Assembly: GCF_004010195.1 (NCBI RefSeq)
Contig: NC_057751.1
Coordinates: 11,296,955 to 11,342,647, forward strand
Source: Chiloscyllium plagiosum
Lineage: Eukaryota
DNA length: 45,693 nt
Reading direction: 5' to 3'
Below, piece after piece: positions 36,061 to 45,693 of the stretch (positions within the stretch are counted from its first letter, which is position 1; each line of letters starts with the position of its first letter). Both the position numbers and the translations under genes were made by a program. The notes below the pieces were generated by a model. The model did not search any database, was not told where the DNA came from, and was given only the letters and a program-made list of their open reading frames with translations.

Positions 36061-36534
36061 TGGGAGATATTCTACCTTTGGATTGTTGACCTCTAGAGTT
36101 CCTGCTGGGCCTCTCTGCCACAATGATTCTCTCTTGCTTTATTGATCCAGTGAAAGTTGACACAGTCCACTTCCACGTTTCCTGTGTTTTATTCTCAGCT
36201 CTTTTTCCAACTGGAAGTGTCCTTTTTTGTGAATCAGCAGACAATTTGGCTGCTCTGTCTCCCACACCAATGGTATGTGTTACAGACAAGTCACAAAACA
36301 ATCCATCAATCACCCGCTTCTCTAAAAATACTGAAAAAAAAATCACAGCAACTGATAGTTTAAGAACTTCCTTGCCCATTGAGATCCTTATACGCGTTTA
36401 ATCAAGGTTAGTGAGAGATTGGTCAATGCACTATCAAGCTGAGCAAGCAGAAAATCACATTGGTCCTCATTAAAAAGCTTGATGACATTTGGTAAAAACT
36501 TGCTCTCAGTTGTCAGCATGTCAAGTCCTTTGAG

Positions 36535-36835
36535 AAAATCCCTGCAGTCTGGAAGCAGTCCACATCAACCCTCTGAAGATCATCCTATCCCCATCCCTGA
36601 GACCCTGCCGTTCCCACGGCTAACACCTTGCCTGCACATCCCTGAACACCATGGGGGCAATTTAGCATGGACGATCCACCTAACCTGCACATCTTTGGAT
36701 TGTGGGAGGAAACCAGAGCACCTGGAGGAAACCCACACAGACACGGAGAGAATGCACAAACTCCACACAGACAGTCCTGTGAGGTTGGAATCGAACCCGG
36801 GTCCCTGAGGCAGCAGTGCTAACCACTGAGCCATC
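36535..36835 (-). mobile_element. HE1-like V-SINE
   Basis: A-box TGGCTCAGTGG, canonical B-box GGTTCGATTCC and V-core GTGTGGAGTTTGTGCATTCTC..GGGTTTCCTCCAGGTGCTCTGGTTTCCTCCCACAATCCAAAGATGTGCAGGTTAGG. Confidence 0.9.
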
Positions 36836-37758
36836 CAGCTACCCAGAAAAGAGCTGGTGCTGAAAAGATACAGATCGAACTTTGTGAATCAGCAATATAT
36901 TTGGAGATGACAAAGCTTTTGGCTCACTGTCTGGGATAGTCACTGTCAGTATCATAATGATCTCCAACCTGGAGAAATGGGCCAATGTAAATGGAAACTG
37001 CCACTGCAATGCATTCTTCCAGAACTCTTCATTTTCATACAGGCATGAAATCCATCACTTGAAAGTGAGGTGAAGCCTCATGATGTCTGGTCAGGAGCCA
37101 AGTGGTTGTGGAGAATTACAGCTATAAATACATATATGCTTTCCACAAACCAACCAAAATTAGCTGCTTCCAAGAATGATTCAGCTCAGGGCTTGTCAAA
37201 TCTATAATGGGTTTGAAACATACAGGAGAAGGTTTATCAACTGTGCTCAATACACAGGCTGCCCACAGACTGCCATTTTGCACAGGGCTGGTTTCACATC
37301 CTTTTAATTACCCCGGGAAGGATACAATCTTTCTCACTTTGTCCTACCCCATCTCCTCTCCCGTGTCAGTCAAACAATGGCAATGGAAGGGCAGTCACCA
37401 TCGTGGAGTAGACCCATTGAGAATGGTCAATCCAGCGTACAGCAAGATCCCACTGCAGCAGCAAACAAAAGGTGAACCTCAAGGAATTCTCCGCCCCTTG
37501 CCAAATGATGCCAGCTCAAAGGTAACGTCTGTGAGGCAGAGCAGTCAGGCAGGGCCTCAGGTTAATGTTTTGCCCATCTGGAGACACCTCTGATAGTCCA
37601 ATCCCTGTGGCTCAGACTGATTGAGAGGAGACCGTCGTTTCGATGTGATACATCGCAGACGGGAGGTTCCCAGTGTCCCCCAACCCCCACACCTCAGCAG
37701 CCAGCAGACTTCACAAAGCGTTTGAGGATCATACTCTGGACCTATATTTCTGATGGCG

Positions 37759-37955
37759 AAGGTGAGGACTGCAGATGCTGGAGAGTGTGTTGCTAGAAAA
37801 GCACAACAGATCAGGCAGCATCCGAGGAGCAGAAAAATTGACGTTTTGGGCAGGAGCCCTTCATCAGGAATGAGGCTGGAAACCTTGAGGGTGGAGACAT
37901 AAATCTCTCGGATACCACCTGAACTGCTGTGCTTTTCCAGCACCACTCTAATCTT
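37759..37955. mobile_element. Penelope-like terminal fragment, inverted arrangement
   Basis: A minus-strand copy (GAAAAGCACAACAG..GCCCTTCATCAGGAATGAG) followed by plus-strand CTGCTGTGCTTTTCCAGCACCAC. Confidence 0.7.
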
Positions 37956-38767
37956 ATCTTTCTGGTGTACAATCGAACCAAACTCTATTTTCCCTTTATT
38001 TTTCTCTCTCCCCTCTCAGAACCACCTTGACTACATTGGTGAGTTGGCTATTCCAAGTGTCTCAGGCTGCAGGGGGGGTGGGGAATGAATCGTGATATTG
38101 CTCGAGGCACCTCTTCTTAAATTCCACTCCCCCGCTCCAACTTAAACAATCTGACATTTTGCTGTTTGTGATCGCCATGAATTTAGGAAAATAGGAAGGA
38201 CTGCTGCTGTGAGTGGGTGGGGTTAAGCTGGCTACATTCCACAGACTGAACTCCAAGGAGGAAGGCCTGTGTCGAGCTAACAGGATTGAGATGCAGAAGA
38301 AGATAAGATCGTTCCACTTTCCTGTGCTGAAGACAGGCGAATAGAGCACAATGATGTCTGCACTCTCTGTCAAAACAGGAAATCAAGAATTTCCAGGGCT
38401 TTGTCAACTGCAGCTTATCAGAAGGTGGTAATTGTCATTTTTTTGTTGTTTAAGGGAAGTAATGCAGTAAGATTTGGGACCTAGCTTCCTATCTTTGGAA
38501 GTTTGAATGGGCCTGTCCGCACTGTACAGCACTTTCTCCCCAAGCCCAGCAGCTGCCCACCCTCCAAGCTACACAAACCTTGCTTTTATTTCCGCCATGC
38601 AGGTGAAGTTCCGCATGACTGTAGGAATAGAATGATAGGCTGGAGCTTTCTTGAGTCCCAAAGTGCAACCACTGGCAGCTGGCGGTCCAGACTGACCCTC
38701 CTGGCACAGTACACAGTGTGCACTGGGCTATTCAGGGTGCTCTATGATGGATGAGTCAAGAAGCGTA

Positions 38768-39088
38768 TCATCGAATCCCTTCAATGTGGAAGCAGGCCAT
38801 TTGGCCCATCAAGCCCACATCAGCCCCCTGAAAAGCATCCCACCTATTCTCAGCCTTCCTATCCTAACCTCACATTTCCCATGGCTAATCCACCTGCAAA
38901 TCCCTGGACACTGTGGGCAACTTTGGACAGCCAATCTACCCTCACCTGCATATCTTTGGACTATGGGAGGAAACTGGAGGAAACCCACTCAGACATGTGG
39001 AGAATGTGCAATCTCCACACACACAGTCACCAAGTCCAGGTCCCTGGCACTGAGGCAGCAGTGCTAACCACTGAGCCACTGTGCTGTC
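38768..39088 (-). mobile_element. HE1-like V-SINE
   Basis: GGCAGCAGTGCTAACCACTGAGCCACTGTG head (reverse) and a body colinear with the other copies. Confidence 0.85.
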
Positions 39089-39374
39089 CTGCAAAGTATT
39101 GAAAATAAGCTATTGACCAGAATCAGAGAGTTGGAGAGTTAGTGTAATATATAAATCAGGTAGGCCAAATCATCATTGATGACGTGACCACCAGAGGTAG
39201 TGGGGGATGGTTAAGCCAGAAGCCGACTGTCAACTCTCATCCTGTGTATGGGTTACACCATGTCCAGTCAGAGGTAATGTTTACACATGGCCTGACCTTC
39301 CCCTGAGTGTTCATCAAACTCAATCCCACACACTAGCAAACAATACTCACTTATGGTGATAACACAAAGACCAG

Positions 39375-39379
<5 letters not shown>

Positions 39380-39405
<26 letters not shown>
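39380..39405. repeat. (TC)13 microsatellite
   Basis: Seen directly. Confidence 0.9.
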
Positions 39406-40188
39406 ACCTGTGTGTTCATCCCGAAGTCCTGGTGAAGATTGGTTCTCAGTCACCACCTGAGAAATCTGCTTATTGTGTTCTCGCTGTGTTTTGGATCTTG
39501 CTGTGCTGGCTGGTGTATTCTCTCTGATTGCTTTCTTCCCACAATGCCTGAGGTACGAAGATGGCCGGCTGCTTGCAGCAGGAACTGGGAACATCCTGAG
39601 AGGAATGAGTTCCAAGGGACTAACGTTTGCCCGCTATACAGTCTGCATGCATTTGGCAGAGGATCACTCAGTGGGGCTTCACTGGGTGAACAGCTGAAAG
39701 AACTGAACAGGAAGAACTGTCAATGTCAGTCCTCATCAAACTGGAGCAGGCCTCTCCATCCCTGATAAGGAAGGGAGCTGGAAACTAACTGAATCCAGTC
39801 AGTCATGAATAATAACGGGGGGTCCTTAAAATGCTTTGTGAAAGAAAAACTGGAATTGGGATTCAACTTTACGATATTTCAACTCCTGCACAGAAACTGA
39901 CAAGTTGCCTCATTTATTCATGTCCCTACCTGACAATCCATATCCTTCTGGTCCTTTCTCCCTCATGTTCCTTTAGGTTCTTTGTATTTCTGTGAAATGC
40001 TAAAATCCTATTCTCCAATTTGTGATCACAAGTTCTACATTCTCAACACCATTTGAGTAAAGACACTTCCTCCTGAACTCCCCCAGTGGCTTTATTACTA
40101 ACCATCTCATGCTCCCAGTCCCTTCACGTGTCAATGACATCTCCATGATTATCCTGTCGACACCACCTCCCTGTAACAATGCAGTGAT

Positions 40189-40265
40189 TGGAGCAAGGTC
40201 CAGGTGGATCTCATTGAGTCCGACATTCCTTATTACGGCTGTTAACATGGGCCAATCAGGGAGTC
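40189..40265 (+). mobile_element. Old 5' fragment of the solo-LTR-like family, without Tx1
   Basis: TGGAGCAAGGTCCAGGTGGATCTC...GGCTGTTAACATGGGCCAATCAGGGAG aligns with 33917-33986. Confidence 0.55.
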
Positions 40266-40520
40266 TGTACTCAATAAGATCCACTCATCAGTCCACTCTT
40301 GTAGTCAATGATGAGAGTGAGGTGAGGGTTACTGAAGCCCTCCTTCTTTGCAATATTGGGAATTGAGGGTGGGGAGTGGAGCCTCACCCTTGTTTGTACA
40401 AACGTGGGCCAGCTCTGGTCACCCTCTCCGTTTTGGGTTCAAAGGTTCAGACACAAAACCTACTGATATTTAAGCATGGTACCAGTGGAATGTCAGAGGG
40501 ACTGTTTAGCTTGATATAAA

Positions 40521-40792
40521 TCAGAGAATCCCGACAGTGGAGAAAGAGACTGATTCAGCCCATTGTGTCTGCACCTTTGGAGGCAGCCACCCAGCTCCTA
40601 TCCCTGTAGCCTGACATTTATCATGACCAATCCACCTGACCTGCTCATCTTTGGATTGTGGGAGCACCTAGAGGGAACCCATGCAGATTCGGAGAGAATA
40701 TACAAACTCCAAACAGTCGCCCAAGGGTGGAATCGAACGTGGGTCCCTGGCACTGTGAGGGAACAGAGCTAACCACTGAGTCACCCTGCCAC
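40521..40792 (-). mobile_element. HE1-like V-SINE (diverged)
   Basis: GGAATCGAAC..GGGTCCCTGGCACTGTGAGG..GCTAACCACTGAG head in reverse; V-core partly deleted. Confidence 0.8.
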
Positions 40793-41856
40793 CCTAAAGG
40801 GTCCAGTACCACATCACAGTGAATAAAAACTGGGCAGGTGAGCCAATATTTGTCCTTCCTCCAACATCATTTGAAGAGATTCTCTGGTTACTGTGACCTT
40901 TTTGCTTGTGGGAGCTTGCTGTTTATAAGTTGAGACCTGCACTTCCCATATTACAACGTTAGCGTATGCAATTGGCTTGTGAGGTGCAAGGTTGCTATGT
41001 AAGTGCAAATCTTTGTCCCTGTCTCTATTGTTGGAATGGGTTTCCAAAGATGCGCCCAGGTATGTTACAGACATCGCCATCTGGAAGATGTACCGTCGGG
41101 GTTCTCCCAACAACTGACTACAGAATGGTATCTGAAGCCTGGCACAACTTGCTGAGCCACCCCTCTTAGCTGAAGGTCAGTATATATGATGAACATACAA
41201 GACTTTGCAAAAAGATTGAGCAAAGTAACATGCAGGAGAGCAACCAGCTAAGCAAACAATTGACAACTTGAACTTTCAAACCTGCCATAAATCGCAAGCT
41301 TTCACATTGAGGCAATAGGCAGGCAGATCTCCAAGACAGATATGGTTTGATATCTCTTGTGTGCTGTCAAATGAAACCAGTTTTGCTCAATTCGAAGGGA
41401 AGGCATGTCAAAGACACTCCTCCATGTAGCTCTTCAACTGACAGCAATTAAACCAGGCAAGTGAGGCTCCCTCAGTCGCCTCAAGTATCTCACATTCTGT
41501 TGAGAATAAAAGGCTGGAATGTGTTCTTTTGGGCTCAGCAAATATAAACAGCCAGCACAAGATTTTCAACAAAAAAAACCCGATCTTCAGCTTGCCTCTA
41601 AATTACTGGCACGAACAGGAAGCTTTCCCTATCTTGGTATCACTCTGACATTTGTACTTTGCCATATGGCGCACACATGTCCAGCTCTTTCCCCCAGCCG
41701 TTCCTCAGCCTCACTCCGTGCTTTGTCACACAGTGTACACTTTGAACGGTCATACTCTCACGTTATAGGCTCGGGGTAACATAACTGATCACCAATGGAT
41801 CGGTGCTCTACCTTTCGTCAAGGTCAATATTCTCCTGTCCCTCCTTTGAGCTGAAG

Positions 41857-42208
41857 GGAGGTGATGGTCTGGTGGTATTATCACTGGGCTGCTACTCCTG
41901 AGACCCCATTAGTGTCTTGGGACATGAGTTTGAATCCCGCCACATCAGATAGTGGAATTGGAACTTTATAACAAATAGTCTGGAATTAATAATGACCACG
42001 AATCCATTGTCAATTGTACAGGTGAAAAACCCACCTGGGTTACTATTGTCCTTTAAGGAAGATAATTGCCATCCTTACCAGCTCTGGCCTACATGTGGCT
42101 GCAGACCCACAGTAATGTGATTGATTCGGAAGTACCCTCTAGATAGTGAGGAAGGGGCAGTCAATGTTGACCCAGCCAGTGATGTCCTCGCGCTGTGAAA
42201 GAATTAAA
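41857..42208 (+). mobile_element. Second tRNA-derived SINE family with a LINE-derived tail
   Basis: A-box-like TGGTCTGGTGG, B-box-like GAGTTTGAATCCC. The tail GGGGCAGTCAATGTTGACCCAGCCAGTGATGTCCTC resembles the LINE ends at 17395-17435 and 44160-44210. Confidence 0.65.
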
Positions 42209-42778
42209 TATAGACACAACGCCTGGAAATGCTGTAGCAGTCATGTTCCATTTTTAATGGGCTCTGTTTTGATGGGAATGTTCATCAATCAACCAAAGTG
42301 CCCTCGCCCTTGGTAACCTTGTCATAAGTAAATGACAGCCCCCTCCCCCCCCCGAATTTGGGATTCACTCCGAGGGAAATCCTGGCTTCTTCAGGTGAAC
42401 AAATGAACATCTTGCTTGTGCATTGTGCTGGCTAAGGGGCACTTATATTGTTCTCTGAAATCTGTGATTACACACTTCAGTGGCCGATTGTAAGCTGAGA
42501 GTGGCTGGTCCCATGCTTTCCCATCAGTGCTGTGTTGTGACAATGTTGCAAGTCTTGAACATGCCAATTTAAAGACTCCCCAATCCTGACCTTGGTAGGA
42601 CTGGTGCTGTCTTTCTGTCAGTACTGTGAGACAAGGAGTAAAGCAGAAAATGAACCAGTTCATTCATTCCTAAAAAGGCAAGAAATATGATGTCAAGAAA
42701 GGAGAATTGAAGGGAATGGAAGAGCATTTTATTCCTTGTGAAAGAGGAACAGTGGAAAAACTACAGCAAAAACTCCAG

Positions 42779-42870
42779 TTCTGACGGAGGGTCACTGGGT
42801 CTGATACGTTCACTGTGCTTTCCCTCCACAGATGCTGCCAGACCTGCTCAATTTTCCAAGCAAGTTCCGT
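42779..42870 (+). mobile_element. Penelope-like terminal fragment (second subfamily)
   Basis: TTCTGACGGAGGGTCACTGGGTCTGATACGTT...CTCCACAGATGCTGCCAGACCTGCT. Confidence 0.6.
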
Positions 42871-44159
42871 CTTTGTGACATGAAAGATATGGGTTTTGTG
42901 GTTAAACAGCAAGTGCAGGCGGTCAAATTTGATATGTCTTATTGGGAGCAAATCTTGTGCTTCTGCCTTCCTGTGTCAGTTTTTGACATCCGGGATTATT
43001 TTGGAAGGATCGTGCTGGTTTCTTTTCAGCTAACACATCAACAAGCTGGTAACCCCATGAAGACGAGAGTTTCCTGGCAAGGCTTCCACTGGACCATTAA
43101 ACAGGATTTAAAGAATGAGGCATTTTAAGGAGCTTTGGGAGGAACTTTATTGGCACTCTGTTATTAGGAATAAGCTTGTGCATAACTACATTAGTAACTT
43201 CAGTTGCGTTTATAATAAGGAAGTTGACTGGTAATCATTTCCACATGCATTCTTTGAATACTCCTTCAACTTGCTGACGCCACTTTTCAATCATAATCAT
43301 ATGGGCCTCTTTCAAGACGCCTTTTGTTCAGACAGTTAAAGCAGTCTGTTCTTTGTAAGGTTGTGCATTCCATATAATAAAAGTCTTAAGATAAATATGT
43401 TTTCCTGAAGTGGAGTGGACATGTTACAATGCATGTCTTGGAGTCAAAAGCGGCCACGAATGCAGCAGAGTTAATGGGTGGCTGGATATGGGAGAAGACT
43501 GACTTTCTGACTCCTCCAGTGGATGGTAGTATTTAACATGTCACAGCCGAGTTTAAGACCCTGACCTCCTGAAATTCAGCATCCACTTGGCCCAGTGAAA
43601 ATGTTTGCATGTGGGGATATTTTTGCTTATTTGTCTTTGGTCAAACACTAAGGATGAGAGGGTTTAGGATTTCACCTCTGAATTCGACAGGATTTGTGTT
43701 GACCTACAAAGCACAGTTCTTCCATTGGGCCTAATTTCCTTTTGTTTTGAACAGACTCTAATGGGTACAATGTGCATCTCAGTGGTGCCTAAATGCTTGG
43801 AAACATTCTCAAATTTACTTGAGGAAATCTCAAAAATGCTGCAGCTAAAATGCTCACAAGTATTCTTGCAACTTTAGGTTGAAGTATTAAACTGATTCCA
43901 ACTCCCTGATCGCCTTCGGATGGGGCAGCAAATATCCCATGGTATTTTTCAAAGAGCCTTGGTATTACTCCCAGAGCCCAGGCCAAGACTTCCCCCTTGA
44001 CCAACATGACTCAGCCTGAATTAGCCGCTCTTTCAACGTATTGCTTTTTTGGGACCTCACTGAGTGCAAACTGGCTGCCACCATTCCCACAAAATACAGC
44101 TGAGTGAATTTCAGAATATATTGTGAGCAATTTAGGTATAATCTGATGATGTAATATTT

Positions 44160-44900
44160 CTGATGGGGACGTGGGTGTTGCTGGCTGGCCAGTATTTATT
44201 GCCCATCCCTAGTTTTCCTGGAGAAGGTGGTGGTGAGCTGCCTTCTTGAACTGTTGCTGTCCGTATGCTGTAGGTAGACTCACAATGCCCTTCGGGAGAG
44301 AATTCTAGGATTTTGACTCAGCAACAGAGAACGAATGGTGATATATTTCCAAGTCAGGATAGTGCGTGGCTTGGAGGGGAACTTGAAGGTGGTGTTGGTC
44401 CCATGTATCTGTTGCCCTTGTCCTTCTAGATGGAAGGAGTCATTGGAGTTTTGAAGGTGCTGTCAAAGGATCTTTGGTGGATTTCTATAATGTATCTTGT
44501 AGATGGTACACACTGCTGCTACTGACCTCCAGTGGTGGAGGGAGTTCATGTTTGTCGATGTGGTGCCAATCAAGCGGGTTGCTTTGTCCTGGATGGTGTC
44601 AAGCTTCTTGAGTGTTTTTGGAGCTGCACCCATCCAGGCAAGTTACACTCCTGACTTGTGCTTTGTAGATGGTGGACAAGCTCTGGGGAGTCAGTTACTC
44701 ACTGCAGGATTCATTGTCCGACCTGCTGTTGTAGTCACTGTATTTATATGGCCAGTCCAATTTCATTCCGGGTCAGTGGTAATCCTCAAGATATTATTAG
44801 TGGTAGATTCAGCAGTGCTGATACTATTGAATATCAAGGGACAATGATTAGATTCTCTTTTTTTTAATAGGTGTTCATTGCCTGGCATTTGTGTGGCATA
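44160..44900 (-). mobile_element. CR1/L2-group LINE ORF2 C-terminus and 3' end
   Basis: The minus strand translates to AAPKTLKKLDTIQDKATRLIG and HHWRSVAAVCTIYK-like RT C-terminal motifs. Tail GGGATGGGCAATAAATACTGGCCAGCCAGC. Confidence 0.8.
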
Positions 44901-45384
44901 AATGTTATATATAGAGCCTGCTCATGTTCACTCAATGGTCTTGCTACATCACCTCCCCCTTAGCGAAATGCAAAAGATCTCATTGTACAATAAGAAGAGA
45001 GCGGGGGATCAGTTTTTAACCTGAGCAATGGTTATCCCTTCGTCACAATGAATGAAAATCATTTGGTCACTATCACATTGTTGCCTGTGGCACATGCCTG
45101 TGTGAAAATTGACTTCAGTGCACCCCCACATGAAAACAGTGACTTCTGTCACTGCTTCATTGTCCTGAGAATGAAAAAGGGGGCTTTTTAATGCAAGCTT
45201 CCTCCTCTCTGAATCGAACTGACTCATCTGCAGAGACTATCATTTTATGTTTATACGGCCTCTCAGCATTTTCTCATTGTCCAAGGTGTCTTCCTAGTCT
45301 TTTGGCTGGTGTGCTTTTCTAAGGCTGTTGTAACCATTGTACAGCCAAAACTGTAGCCATTTTTCTGAAGTGCAAAATTGCTTT

Positions 45385-45693
45385 CAATAGACAATAGACA
45401 ATAGACAATAGGTGCAGGAGTAGGTCATTCAGCCCTACGAGCCTGCACCGCCATTCAACTTGATCATGGCTAATCATTCCTAATCAGTATCCTGTTCCTG
45501 CCTTATCTCCATAACCCTTGATTCCACTATCTTTGAGAGCTCTATCCAACTCTTTATTAAATGAATCCAGAGACTGGGCCTCCACTGCCCTCTGGGGCAG
45601 AGCATTCCACACAGCCACCACTCACTGGGTGAAGAAGTTTCTCCTAATCTCTGTTCTAAATGGCCTAACCCCTATTTTTAAGCTGTGTCCTGG
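45385..45693 (-). mobile_element. Young CR1 3' end with a 7-bp tandem tail, running off the window
   Basis: (CAATAGA)x3.9 at 45385-45411, then GGTGCAGGAGTAGGTCATTCAGCCC and an intact 3' UTR. Confidence 0.9.

Noticed and set aside
36780..36835. tRNA genes at A/B-box motifs (also 28730-28782, 39040-39088, 40730-40792, 41857-41940)
   Set aside because: These are SINE heads continuing into SINE bodies, with no complete cloverleaf.
40000..40366. Protein-like overlapping ORFs (40000-40284 minus, 40109-40366 plus)
   Set aside because: They overlap an LTR-family remnant and a decayed CR1 3' fragment, and show no recognisable domain.
28456..40792. All HE1-like SINEs on the minus strand, as evidence of a host transcription unit
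   Set aside because: Only 4-5 copies, and other elements occur on both strands; not significant.

Overview
Repeat-dominated vertebrate intronic or intergenic DNA, very likely from a shark (inferred from the HE1-like V-SINEs, CR1 LINEs, DeuSINE-like remnants and Penelope-like fragments). I recognise no host protein-coding gene. The long ORFs in the track come from a satellite or from decayed LINE ORFs. Main contents: a ~7.9 kb satellite with a 34-bp unit (9181-17080); a ~1 kb minisatellite with a 31-33 bp unit (26215-27200); a decayed near-full-length CR1 (18420-21590); many CR1/L2 3' ends; four HE1-like SINEs plus a tail fragment; and about ten Penelope-like terminal fragments, several with hammerhead-ribozyme-like cores. 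Most notable signal: 3' ends of a Tx1-clade (L1-group) retrotransposon occur in this window only inside copies of one solo-LTR-like family. They always sit at the same AAACA(G/A)GRGTGT site beside the LTR's TATA-like box and in the same orientation. One locus (24.7-25.2 kb) has a perfect 13-bp target-site duplication (TSD) and an apparent 3' transduction of LTR sequence. The other (33.9-35.9 kb) is a stacked array of 5'-truncated copies. This suggests a sequence-specific retrotransposon that targets an LTR element. Family names are from recall and were not searched; boundaries of old repeats are approximate.
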